This document shows, one piece after another, positions 1 through 22,836 of a DNA stretch of 64,000 nt. A model generated the notes under the pieces. That model made no database searches. It saw only the letters and a program-made list of their open reading frames with translations, and was not told the DNA's origin. The stretch covers positions 245,086,001 to 245,150,000 of the forward strand of contig OZ024743.1 in NCBI GenBank assembly GCA_964016885.1, read 5' to 3'. The DNA is from Eledone cirrhosa. Lineage: Eukaryota. A program made the translations under genes and the position numbers. How positions within the stretch are numbered: the first letter of the stretch is position 1; each line of letters opens with the position of its first letter.

Positions 1-954
1 ATACATTTATTATTATTTAGTTTTTGTAAAATGATTGGTGATAGAAAAGGCATCCAACTGTAGAAACTATGCCAAAACCTGAACATATGCAAGCGAGATA
101 GTGCCTGTCTGGGAGTAGCTGTGATGAAATACTGACTTGGTCTGTGATGACATGTCCAACCAATGCCAGCATAGAAAAACAGACATTAAATAAGGATGAT
201 GGTGTTTAGCCACAGGTCAGTTCTGATGCAGTAGAGCTATGATGATCAAAAGTGTTCCTGATGTGACTCCCATCTTTTAATGAAATATATTTATGACTAC
301 ATTATATAGTATAGTAGTTTGTATTAGTGACTATAGTTGTTAATGTTTAGATTTAATTGAGCAGAGATAAGATGAAAGATATTTCCTACCTTTTTGTTGA
401 TGTAGGATTATATTGTCCAATGTGTCCTTTATTTAAGATGGTAGGGTGTGAGTGACCGTATAATGGTTCCCCGTATGATGATAATTTGAGTGGGTAGAGA
501 GTGCCAGATGGGTGGCATTCAGGGTAGGAAGCATTTGGTATAGAGTTTTTTTTTGTTGGGATTTAGTAGAGTGAGACAGTGAGTGGTAGAGATGTGGGAG
601 GATCTAAAGGGTTTATGTTCATGTGTGTGTGTGTGGGGGGGGGGGGGGGGTAACAGTTGTATCACATCCCACATATATATGTAATAGTGTTGTAAAAGGG
701 TTGGTACAAGAAATGGCATCCAGCTGTAAAACATCTCAAAAAGGACATGATGTGTATGAAGTCTATCAAGGGGCCTTTAAGGCTAACACCTGAAAGGTTA
801 TTGCAGTTGCTATTATGGTCTAGAATATATGTGGCTGTGTATATCACTAATACCACATCTCATATATGTATGTTTAATAATTGTGTAGAGTAGTGAATTG
901 TATATAGATGATGATGTGTGTGTCACTGCAAGGTATATAGTTGCTTATAATAAT

Positions 955-1139
955 TGTTTCTACTTTAGGCACAAGGCCAGCAATTACCCAGTGCATTACT
1001 GGTACTTTATTTTATCGACCCCGTAAGGATGAAAGGCAAAGTCAACCTTGGCGGGATTTGAACTCAGATCGTAAAGGGACGTAACTATGCTGGAAAGCAT
1101 GGCGTCCAACCCTCTACCGATACTGCGAATCCACCGCCT
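955..1139 (-). mobile_element. tRNA-derived SINE, full-length copy with 19-bp target-site duplication
   Basis: Same family as many other copies in the window. The minus strand has a B-box-like GAGTTCAAATCCC and the core GCCTTTCATCCTTACGGGGTCGATAAAATAAAGTACCAG, which from memory resembles Meta/MESC-type SINE cores. TATAGTTGCTTATAATAAT is duplicated at 936-954 and 1140-1158. Confidence 0.85.
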
Positions 1140-1716
1140 TATAGTTGCTTATAATAATGAAGTCATTTAGCAAAAGATGTTTAAAGAAAGTAAAGGGATC
1201 TCAACACTTGATGGAGTCATAAGGATGCAGTCTTGGACATTTTGAAACCTAGCAGAGCCAATTCCTCTCCGTGTTGAAACATAACTGATCTCTTCCAGGA
1301 TGGGTGGAGGGAAAATCAATCTCAATACAGGATTAGTAGTTTATTTATCTACCTTGAAAGGTTGAAAATTAAAGTTGATCTTAATGGGATTTGAACTCAG
1401 TGCAGTGTACTGGAACAAATACTGAGGCATTTTTAATTTGAGACCATAACAACTGCCAATTTGCTTTCTGAAAGCATATTTACTAAACCTAATGAAAACC
1501 ACATTCCACTGAAGATGGGAAAACAGGGAATATGTGAGAGGAATGAGATGTTCATGATTTGTTTAATGTGTGTAAAAGTTGGATAAAACTGGTAATGAGA
1601 GAAAGTGGAGTGGCAGGAGAATTGGTTAAGCTAAGGTTGTAGTAATGAGAATATAGATGTTTGACAATGTTTACTGTATAATTGTCTTATAATGATATTT
1701 TGTGTGGATATTTCAG

Positions 1717-1799
1717 ATACTGTCAGGGATGATCCTGATACTGAATGTCAGAAGTTAGCTATACAGACAATGAAGATTCTACACAGTGTTGTACAACAG
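1717..1799 (+). CDS. TELO2: penultimate coding exon of probable telomere length regulation protein TEL2 homolog
   Basis: Acceptor tttcag at 1711-1716 and donor cag|gtgtgt. The 83 nt read (x)TVRDDPDTECQKLAIQTMKILHSVVQQ, resembling the recalled human TELO2 C-terminus DVAEKDPDEDCRTLA. The phase-0 end fits the next exon. Confidence 0.65.
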
Positions 1800-3270
1800 G
1801 TGTGTGAGGGTTTATATATTGATGTACACCAACCTATGCCAGCATGTTAGAATGGCTGTTAGATGGTGATGTTAGATGGTGATGAGGACGCATATACAAT
1901 ATCATTATCATCATCATCTGTTTTTCTGTGCCACAGGCAGTCTTTTGTCACTTTCTTCATGAAATTCAGACTTCTGAGATCAATTTTCACCTCTTTTTCC
2001 CTATGTCTTTCTCAGTCACCTGTCTGCAGGTTTCTTCCATATAGATAGCCTGGCACTTCTTTATCTTCCTAATGCATCATATTTCAGAACCAGCATCATC
2101 TTTCCTTTTATACTCTACATAAGATTTTTCTTAAAACCTAAATTTCCTCTCATCTCATTTGTGCTCTGTTGTTGATACACACTAGCATTACTCATCCAGT
2201 GGAGTATCACACTTACTTCATTTCTGCCCTTTTTCACACACTCTGCATTGAATGTCCATGTTTTGCTACCATGCATCATACAATCTCCCCTTCACTGAGA
2301 GAGAGAGAGAACCCTTTTGTTGTCAGCAGAGACAATGAGTCTCTAAACTTTATCCACCTCCTTATTCTGGTTACTATGCTTTTAGAACACGCTTCTCCAC
2401 CGCCTCTTAGGTCACCTAGGTATCAGAGGTTGTCATCTGCTTAAAGGGAGCTAGCTAGGCATTTGAAAAAACTTATTTCATTAATACTGCTAACTACTCC
2501 TGTGTATTTACTATATAAAAATCCTTTTTCTCTGTCAGTCTGCCTGTACGTCCTTAATTTAGACTGGTGTAGTTGGGAGAGGTCTGCCACAGGAATAGGT
2601 GATGATCTTCAGCTCATCCCTTAGGTGCACTGATTATGGTGCAGAGTTGTGTCTGCATTTTCCATTCCCTTTGATATCAGTGGCATTAAGAGGAGAGAAT
2701 TACTTGCACGGACAACTGTGGTTCTTTCATAATACATCTTGCCCAGGCTAGTGCCATGGAAAAGAACTTTCTAGGTGCAATTTCACTGTCAGTCCTAATT
2801 GAAGGCGGTACGGGTGAGCTACCAAGCCAGGTATCATTTCTGGCCAACATCCAAAGACTGCTGTTTAGTCAATTATGGCAATAAACATCATAAATTTAGT
2901 TTCCAATCAATAATGGTTTCTGATTTAGACCCAAGGCCAACAATTTTGGGGATGGGGAAAGTCGATGAAATTGACCCCAATTTGTTACTGGTACTTTATT
3001 TTATCAACCCTGTAAGGATGAAAAGCAAAGCTAACCTCAGCTGGATTTGAACTCAGAATGTAAAGAGATGTAACCTTATACTGCAACTATGTTGTCTGAT
3101 GCTCTACTGATACTGTCAATCCAATTGATAATGGATTCTATTTTCTGTTGATGTATCATTCACCTAATCCATTTTTTTCCTTTCTTTCCAGTAGCAGAAA
3201 AATATAGTCCTTTTCCTTTGTTGCTTTCTTCATAGATACACAATTGAAGTTCTGTGTTAAGTGCTTGTTT

Positions 3271-3466
<196 letters not shown>

Positions 3467-3799
3467 CATCATTGTTTTTACGTCTGTTTTTCCACGCTTG
3501 CATGGGTTGGATGGGTTCTTTTCAGCAACTTTCCACTTTTTTCCAAGCTCTGTATACCTATCATCTAGCTTCTCTCTTAGCTACCTGGCATTAGTCTCTG
3601 CTAGCACCATTTTTCCAGTCTTTCCACATCTGTCTATTGGCTGTAATGGCTCTACCTTCCAAACCCTCCATCTCCATATTTTCCTGTGTAACTTTGTTCT
3701 AGTCTTGTGTTTATATTGATGTCACTAACAACTAATGTGTTATATATGTGCAAAGTAATTCTATCCTTTATGGATTTATTATTATATTTTCATTTTCAG

Positions 3800-3817
3800 G
3801 AATTATCAAATGGTTGA
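3800..3817 (+). CDS. TELO2: terminal coding exon of probable TELO2 (ELSNG*)
   Basis: Strong acceptor ttttcattttcag ending at 3799. GAA TTA TCA AAT GGT TGA is in frame with the exon at 1717-1799, and non-repetitive 3'UTR-like sequence follows. Confidence 0.55.
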   Translation, partial: ELSNG

Positions 3818-4015
3818 CTGTGTCTGTTTAGACATGGAAACGTTTTAGTTGGACCAAGTTGTATTTAATTCTTGAAATGTGATAGAGAAGGAGGTGAGGG
3901 AGAGCGAGAGACCCCCATTCAGTACAGTTCCAAGGAAATGATGTATTGTCTATAACTGGAAAATGTGGAAAATCTTGTTCACATTTAAACATTCATCTGA
4001 AGAAATGTTTAAAAC

Positions 4016-4039
4016 AATAAAAAGTAAACAAACAATAAA
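4016..4039 (+). terminator. candidate polyadenylation signals of the TELO2-like gene
   Basis: AATAAA at 4016-4021 and 4034-4039, followed by a T/GT-rich tract. Confidence 0.45.
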
Positions 4040-5099
4040 TTGATATATTTTTTTGTATTCTGGTATTTTGTATTTATTTGTTTCTATGGAAACAACATGA
4101 CTGAATGATTAAAAAGTTTGCTTTGCAATCATTAAATATTCAGTTTGATCTTACTGTATGACATCTTGGGCAAGTGTCATTACAGTACATTGACACAAGC
4201 TGTGTGAGTGAAATTTGGTAGATGGGAACTAGTTGGAAGCCTGTCAGGTGGATTACAACAGTAATTTAAAGGGCCAGCCATGTCACAGACTGTGCCTTTC
4301 TAATTAACAAAATAAGAGTTTTGTGCCATTTCCCCAGCTAGAGCCAGAAGTTAGACATGCAGGCCTCATAACAGACTCCATATTCAACATAGGTTGTTTT
4401 CTCTTAAGGTAATGCCACAATGAAATGCATCCAATATACTTTACAAAGTGATTGATGTTAAAAATGGCATCCAGGGGTTGAAACCATGCTAAAATATGGA
4501 ATATATGAGGAAGGTATGGTTCTCAGGCCACGAAAAGCCATTCAACACCTGCCAGCATAGAAAGTGAATTTAAAATGATGATGATGAACCAAGAAAGTAT
4601 ATAAGTGTTATAGATGTCTGCAGAGACTAACATCACCCCAAGCTTCCAGTTCTATTTTTCCCCCGTAGTCAGATACACATTCATAGCAGCATTTTGGATT
4701 CTTGCTTTTATATAACAACACATTGCTAATCGTTAGGGCATCGGATTAAATACCTCAGTATTTGTTCTGTGTGTTCTGATCACACTCTACCTCCTCCTGC
4801 TAAAAATTGCGATCAGCAGATAGTATCAGCAATGGTGGGAATATATATATAGGTATTAAAGGTGCAAATTAATTGCATCTGGAGGCGGTATGCCGATATG
4901 TATGTGTGTGTGTGATCATCATTTTACGTCCACTTTTTCCCTGCTTGCAAGGGTTGAACAGATTCTGGCTTGATTTCTACAGCTGGATGCCCTTCCTAAC
5001 ACCAACCTCATTTACAGTGAGTGGTGGGTGCTTTTTTGCAGTGGCACCTCCACGACCACTTTTCAGTGGAATGATTATGGACCCCAGTCCTTATCATCT

Positions 5100-5139
<40 letters not shown>

Positions 5140-5931
5140 TATATATACATATATATGCCCGTGCAATCGTTTTTATATCGGAGTCAATGCCTTGCTAGAC
5201 AGGTTGCCTTCACTACAGTTTATGTAGGATACGTATTGGTGTGTGTAATGTTAAGGAAGGAATGGAAATATAAAAACTAATGTCTTGGCTTTAAGATTTG
5301 AAGTCCTCTATTACCGCAGGCAAATTTAATATTTCTCGGCAGATTGCTACATATATCATATAGCACATATATATACGTCACACTCATGATACGCAATATA
5401 TATATATATATGCAGGCATATGTATATCATTATCATCATTTAACGTACATTGAGCTGTAAATCAGACATCGTTTAAGCTTATAAGTCGAACAGTCTCTGT
5501 GTGAACCCCAGTGCAGGCTTATAATCATCATTACTATCATCGTCATCGTCTAATCTCGGCATTCATGGTTAATTACGAGTAGGAGTTCCAATAATTCTTT
5601 TTATAGTGGCTGCTTGACTATGGCAGGATTTGAACTCAGAATAGAAAGAGCCGGCACTTTAATATTTTCACTCTGTGCATTTCAGGGGAGATTTTGTTGC
5701 GATTTGTAGCAACTCAAATAACTGCACAAAAGCTTCTCGACACGAATGGAAAAATAATACGTCTGGGGGAGATAACTCAAATATAAAATGTACACTTTTT
5801 GAACATTTTGAAAATAATGTTCAAGGGAGATAACTTTTGCCCTTTATTCAAAAGTCGAAGATACATTATTAGTAGTACTGACATAGTGTGTTTCATAATA
5901 AGCGTTGCCGTCTCGTTGGTCTAGTAATTCA

Positions 5932-5959
5932 CTAGCAGAATGGCCCGGCGTTGCTCGGG
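5932..5959 (-). mobile_element. Helitron-like 3' terminus; the element probably extends toward the gap
   Basis: Minus strand reads a CCCG-AGCAACGC-CGGG hairpin, 8 nt, then CTAG|T, the canonical Helitron 3' end arrangement. Confidence 0.5.
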
Positions 5960-6187
5960 ATTCTAAACATAGAATGGCATGTTTATCCCTCCTTTCTGAA
6001 ACGGTTTCGTCTTATGTTCACCAATTGATGCAGAAGTCCTAATAAAAAGTGAAGTCGCCTTGGGTGAATAGGCAAATAATTTTCCATTAAGATTTTTCAA
6101 AAGCATCTAATTGCGTTCCCTCTCTTTTTTGTTGTTTTTTTTGCTGCTGTCGAGCCTCGTGAAATAAATATGTTTGTTTATATTTTG

Positions 6188-6387
6188 NNNNNNNNNNNNN
6201 NNNNNNNNNNNNNNNNNNNNNNNNNNNNNNNNNNNNNNNNNNNNNNNNNNNNNNNNNNNNNNNNNNNNNNNNNNNNNNNNNNNNNNNNNNNNNNNNNNNN
6301 NNNNNNNNNNNNNNNNNNNNNNNNNNNNNNNNNNNNNNNNNNNNNNNNNNNNNNNNNNNNNNNNNNNNNNNNNNNNNNNNNNNNNNN
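6188..6387. other. assembly gap (200 N)
   Basis: Run of N. Confidence 0.99.
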
Positions 6388-6614
6388 AACAGGTGTTTTT
6401 TAGCCTTCATATCATGTTCTCCTATTTTATCTGATGAAAACACAAATATTATTGCATGATGATGTTTGTTTTTGAAATGCGCATAATAAAATACATGGAA
6501 CTCCTTTAACCATCTTTTGATCTTATATTATGTATACTCCAGTCCTACAAACTGTAAAGTGCTTCTTATCCGATATCTGCATTGCTTTATTGTACTACAA
6601 TAAAACTCACCTCC

Positions 6615-6616
<2 letters not shown>
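6388..6616 (+). mobile_element. 3' end / pseudo-LTR of a second copy of the Penelope-like element, cut by the gap
   Basis: Highly similar to ~12974-13206 and ends at the same ...AATAAAACTCACCTCCTAC junction with (TA)n. Confidence 0.85.
6425..6491 (+). ncRNA. type I hammerhead ribozyme (Penelope pLTR)
   Basis: TTTTAT-CTGATGA-[36-nt hairpin]-GAAA-TGCGCA-TA-ATAAAA. Confidence 0.8.
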
Positions 6617-10043
<3,427 letters not shown>

Positions 10044-10079
10044 TATAAGATCAAAAGATGGTTAAAGGAGTTCAATATA

Positions 10080-10146
10080 TTTTATTATGCGCATTTCAAA
10101 AACAAACATCATCAAACAATAATATTTGTGTTTTCATCAGATAAAA
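10080..10146 (-). ncRNA. type I hammerhead ribozyme in the inverted pLTR copy
   Basis: Reverse complement of 13014-13080. Confidence 0.8.
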
Positions 10147-10360
10147 CAGGAGAACATGATATGAAGGCTAAAAAAAAACACTTGTTGATAGTGCAGTTTT
10201 AAATCAACATATGAAAAGTGGTTTTACATTGATGTGTGATATTGGGAAAAATATTTTATTTAGAGAGGGGGGGGAGAGAAAAGGATGAAAAGGGAAGGAG
10301 ATGAGAGGGAGAGATGGGTGATAGAGAGAAAGAGATAGTTTTTATAACAGAGAGGAGATA

Positions 10361-11756
10361 TATTGGTATCTTCATTTTGAACTCTTTGAGTCGGAAAATT
10401 CCTCAACTTCGCGGTGGAATTTATCGTGACGATGGACTCTTTACTATCCTAAATTGCAATATAGTTAAACTTAATATTATTAAGAACAATATACGTAATC
10501 TCTTTAACCAACATAACCTAAAAATTGAATTTGATAATAGTACCAAACTAGCTAATTTCTTGGATGTATCTCTTAACCTTGACACTGGCCTATATTACCC
10601 TTACCATAAAAACAATGAGAATCTTAATTATGTTAACTTTAAATCTAACCATCCTACCAATATCAAGAATGCTATAGTTAATAATATTGGAAATAGAATA
10701 TCTAACATATCTTCTAATAAAAACATCTTTGATGCTAACGCCAATTACTATAATAACGCACTTTCTAAAGCCGGCTATCCAGATAAAATCAAATATAATA
10801 AAGAAACAAATTCTAGGAAAACTTACAGTAGAATAATTAATCATGACCATTCCAATAATTTTAATAAAAGACCTAGATACAAAAACATAATCTGGTATAA
10901 TGCTCCTTTCTCCATCTCTATTAATAACAATATTCCTAAATTATTTTTTAGTGCCTTAAATAAATGCTTCCTCCCTCACATATCTATAGTAAAATATTTA
11001 ACAAACACACCATCAAATTTTCGTATTCTACATCCTCCAATATTTCCAACATCATTTCTAAACACAACAACAAAATATTAAATACTAAATCTCTTCCTTC
11101 CAATATTGAATCTCATAATAACAATAATAGTACTCCTGACGTCATTGTAAACCCTAGGCTAACTTCTGTAAACCCAAATGCAACGTCAAACACAACTTCG
11201 CTAAATGTTCATAATCCAACTCTAAATCAAGAAACTATTATTCCTATTATTCCTATCGCAAACAACTTCTCCAATCCAATTCCTTCTATAGATAACACTA
11301 GATCACTCATTAATAATCTCTCTAATTGCAACTGCCGCATTAAAAATAAATGTCCTCTCAACAACCACTGCCTCGATAAAAACTTAATTTATGAATGTAA
11401 AATTATAACTAGCACCAATTCCTTCACCTATTTTGGCTCCACTTCCACCTCTTTTAAAGCTCGTCTCTATAATCATCATTCATCTTTCAAATACAAACTT
11501 AAAAGAACTAACACTGCTCTCTCAGAACTCATATGGTCCTTAAAAGACAAAAAACATTAAATATAACATCTTTTGGAAAAAGATTTCTTCTGCATCCTCG
11601 TACTTGAACAGTTCTCTATCTAAAATCTGTAATCTCTGCCTAAATGAAAAATTTACCATTATCTCTAACCTAGAATCCATAATAAATAGACGCTCGGATT
11701 TGTTTTCCATCTGCCTGCATAAATTCCATAGAACTTTTCACAAAGTATACAGTTAA
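10361..11756 (+). pseudogene. Penelope-like reverse transcriptase (C-terminal part) plus GIY-YIG endonuclease, with two frameshifts
   Basis: Motifs GIYRDDG, NFLDVSLNL, SNHP and IIWYNAPFS; linker CNCRIKNKCPLNNHC; LIYEC...TYFGST..SFKARLYNHH; after the second shift, FWKK...KICNLCLNEK...NRRSDLFSICLH. The shifts are at ~10972 (C run) and ~11550 (A run). The CxCx5C linker plus C-terminal CxxC resembles the Hydra PLE group, from memory. Confidence 0.9.
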
Positions 11757-13013
11757 TATTCAATTCTTTATCAATTTAGAATCTTTTCTCAAAGGCACAT
11801 ATACATACACCTCTTTAAAATATACCCATCTACCTTACTTTAAAGGGCATTATACACTCTATAATACTCGTTTACTCTTTTCCCTCATCCTATCTTCTCG
11901 TAAAACAATAACATTTGTTTTTGACATTTTGAATATTCATCCGCAATCATTATTATTTTTTTCCCTCTATCATAAATCTTTTTAATCTCAATTTCATCCT
12001 TAATTTATTATTATATATTTTTTTTAATATATACTCATATATTCTTTAAAATATACCCATCTACCTTACTTTAAAGGGCATTATACACTCTATAATACCC
12101 GTTTACTCATCACCCTCATTATATCTCCTCGTAAAACAATAACATTTGTTTTTGACATTTTGAGTATTCATCCGCAATCATTATTATTTTTCTCTCTATC
12201 ATAAATCTTTTTAATCTCAATTTCATCCTTAATTTATTATTATTTTTTTCTCCCCATCAACGAACTCATTATTAATACATATGAATTCAATATAAAAACT
12301 TTAACTTCACATTATTTTTCTCAAATCCTACACATAAACTTTTTCTCTTTGCTAATTTTAAAATTCCTACATTTCTCCTTTTGACGTTAGAATATTCACC
12401 CACAATTATTAATTTTTTTCTCTCTATCTCCATACATAATCTCCCTTCGTTATTTTTTTTTTTTTTTTTTTTTTTTTTCTCTCTATCTCCATACATAATT
12501 TCCCTTCGTTAATTTTCAAATTCCTTTAATTTATACATTATCTTCCAACGGTTCCCAACCTCTCTATATTAAAACATTATATCTTTTTCTCAGTTATAAA
12601 AACTATCTCTTTCTCTCTATCACCCATCTCTCCCTTTCCACCTTCACTCTCATCTCCTCCCCTTTTTTTCATCCTTTCCACCCCCACCCCTCCCTAAATA
12701 TAATATATTTTTTCCTCGCACATATCCTCCCTTCGTTAATTTTCAAAATTTTTAATTTATACAGTATCTTCCAACGGTTTTCAACCCCTCTATATAAAAT
12801 ATATCTCCTCTCTGTTATAAAAACTATCTCTTTCTCTCTATCACCCATCTCTCCCTCTCATCTCCTTCCCTTTTCATCCTTTTCTCTCCCCCCCCTCTAA
12901 ATAAAATATTTTTCCCAATATCACACATCAATCTAAAACCACTTTTCATATGTTGATTTAAAACTGCAATATCAACAAGTGTTTTTTTTTAGCCTTCATA
13001 TCATGTTCTCCTG

Positions 13014-13080
13014 TTTTATCTGATGAAAACACAAATATTATTGTTTGATGATGTTTGTTTTTGAAATGCGCATAATAAAA
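13014..13080 (+). ncRNA. type I hammerhead ribozyme (Penelope pLTR)
   Basis: Helix I TTTTAT/ATAAAA; CTGATGA at 13020-13026; helix II at 13027-13062 (15 of 16 pairs including G-U); GAAA; palindromic TGCGCA helix III; AUA triplet, with predicted cleavage after 13074. Confidence 0.85.
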
Positions 13081-13206
13081 TATATTGAACTCCTTTAACC
13101 ATCTTTTGATCTTATATTATGCATACTCCAGTCCCACAAACTGTAGAGTGCTTCTTATCCGATATCTGCATTGCTTTATTGTACTACAATAAAACTCACC
13201 TCCTAC

Positions 13207-14626
<1,420 letters not shown>

Positions 14627-14834
14627 GGAATAAATGCTCTGAAATAGCGATATATATGTGAATATAGACATAGAATATTCGAAAATATTCTGTATGTTTA
14701 TAATAAACATTTTGAAGACCTAATCGCTATAGAATAGAATACGTCACGTGACGTATTCTATTCTATAGCGATTAGGTCTTCAAAATGTTTATTATAAACA
14801 TACAGAATATTTCGAATATTCTATGTCTATATTC
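14627..14834. repeat. fold-back palindrome built from the ~310-nt hammerhead repeat unit
   Basis: Arms 14660-14747 and 14748-14834 are reverse complements with one 1-nt indel and no spacer. The sequence matches part of the unit at 15714-16547. Confidence 0.9.
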
Positions 14835-15688
<854 letters not shown>

Positions 15689-15725
15689 GCACTGGATATG
15701 TATATATATATATAGCACTGGATAT

Positions 15726-15768
15726 GTAGTCCTGATGATTTCTAACAAGAATGAAACGCGTAGATTAC
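15726..15768 (+). ncRNA. type I hammerhead ribozyme, unit 1
   Basis: GTAGTC-CTGATGA-T-TTCT-AACA-AGAA-T-GAAA-CGCG-TA-GATTAC. GUA triplet, with predicted cleavage after 15762. Confidence 0.85.
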
Positions 15769-16036
15769 TTCCCTTGCTTTTATCGAGAATCTAATTGTAA
15801 TACGTGACGTATTCTATTCTATAGCGATTAGGTCTTCAAAATGTTTATTATAAACATACAGAATATTTTCGAATATTCTATGTCTATAATTCACATATAT
15901 ATCGCTATTTCAGAGCATTTATTCCAATTTCTAATTTCTGCCGGACCGGCAACCGCTCTTTCAAACCAGTTCCTGTACACAGCTAAGTATTCTATAAGTC
16001 TCTAGCTGTGTCATTCTCGATAAAAGCACTGGATAT

Positions 16037-16079
16037 GTAGTCCTGATGATTTCTAACAAGAATGAAACGCGTAGATTAC
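16037..16079 (+). ncRNA. type I hammerhead ribozyme, unit 2
   Basis: Identical core. Helix I is extended by a perfect 16-bp pairing of 16013-16028 with 16086-16101. Confidence 0.88.
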
Positions 16080-16345
16080 TTCCCTTGCTTTTATCGAGAA
16101 TCTAATTGTAATACGTGACGTATTCTATTCTATAGCGATTAGGTCTTCAAAATGTTTATTATAAACATACAGAATATTTTCGAATATTCTATGTCTATAT
16201 TCACATATATATCGCTATTTCAGAGCATTTATTCCAATTTCTAATTTCTGCCGGACCGCAACCGCTCTTTCAAACCAGTTCCTGTACACAGCTAAGTATT
16301 CTATAAGTCTCTAGCTGTGTCATTCTCGATAAAAGCACTGGATAT

Positions 16346-16388
16346 GTAGTCCTGATGATTTCTAACAAGAATGAAACGCGTAGATTAC
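16346..16388 (+). ncRNA. type I hammerhead ribozyme, unit 3
   Basis: Identical core and the same extended helix I. Confidence 0.88.
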
Positions 16389-16545
16389 TTCCCTTGCTTT
16401 TATCGAGAATCTAATTGTAATACGTGACGTATTCTATTCTATAGCGATTAGGTCTTCAAAATGTTTATTATAAACATACAGAATATTTTCGAATATTCTA
16501 TGTCTATATTCACATATATATCGCTATTTCAGAGCATTTATTCCA

Positions 16546-21512
<4,967 letters not shown>

Positions 21513-22120
21513 TGGTGGCTGCCAACTCGTTTTCGAGTACGGCCACTACTTTATATCCATGTAGGAGAACTCCTACTGATGCGCTAAACAAGTGTGACTT
21601 TTTAGTCCAGCCAGCGACTTGAAAACTCTGGTACAAACACTACACTTGTGACAATTATTGACACATAGTGCTGGGCCCATGGTACCATGTGATGACAAGT
21701 GCAGAGAGATCTCCAGATATAAAGCAATGCCTGTGCCGTGAAGCTTTTATAGTGAGGAAAGGCACTGCACAAAGCCAGTCCCACTCTCTTAACCAAGATG
21801 ATATTTACCAAAAAGAAGAACAAATCAACATCATTGGATACCATCAGGGTTGCAGGTGTTATATCAGAGTTTTCCTTCTCCTAGAATTCTGCCTTGACAA
21901 AGGCTAAGGGGTCATCTCTCCCGGTGATTTTGGATGGCCATTGACTCTTAAGAGCTCCTTTGCCCTTTGACAGGTTTTGTTTTTAGTCCTGCAGGATGTC
22001 CAAAGTCACCCTCCTCACAAGAAACCTTGGTGGGGGTTGCCAGTTTAGTCGCCAACGACCCGACCATGAGACAGGTTGTACTGGGATACATGTTACCAGT
22101 AGCACCAACTGGTGACCTGA
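21513..22120 (-). mobile_element. short non-autonomous RTE-related retroelement inserted in a microsatellite
   Basis: Homologous segments recur at 32491-32682, 32722-33095 and 33126-33277. The minus strand contains CTAGGAGAAGGAAAACTCTGA, recalled from RTE 5'UTRs. There is no credible ORF. The strand is inferred. Confidence 0.55.
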
Positions 22121-22617
<497 letters not shown>

Positions 22618-22667
22618 GGACAGGACAGATCAAAGGAGAGGTACAAAAACAAAGAAAAGAATCCCCA

Positions 22668-22710
22668 GTCACTGAAGAAGTCACAGAATGTGTGACGAAA
22701 GAACTTTGAC
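22668..22710 (+). ncRNA. candidate minimal hammerhead ribozyme of a third sequence type
   Basis: GTCA-CTGAAGA-A-GTCACA-GAATG-TGTGAC-GAAA-GAAC-TT-TGAC. It has a perfect 6-bp helix II, a 4-bp helix I, an extra A after A9 and a CUU triplet. Confidence 0.55.
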
Positions 22711-22836
22711 AATATATAAACAACCATCTGGTTGTGGAACCAACCAACCAACCGGAAATTTATAAATTCCTAAATTTATAAATTTATTATAATAAATTGA
22801 AGTGAAAGCAACTGGTGCCTGTGTTTCTTATTGGCA

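Larger units (their letters stand above)
10044..13206 (+). mobile_element. Penelope-like retroelement, 5'-truncated, with an inverted copy of its 3' region at the 5' end, inserted in (TA)n
   Basis: Contains an RT/GIY-YIG coding region. 10044-10360 is the reverse complement of ~12799-13116. The 3'UTR has internal duplications (~11812-12020 vs ~12043-12245; ~12480-12710 vs ~12720-12915). It carries a hammerhead and AATAAA near the 3' end, with (TA)n on both flanks. Confidence 0.9.

Noticed and set aside
6087-6443. ORFs containing runs of X
   Set aside because: They span the N gap.
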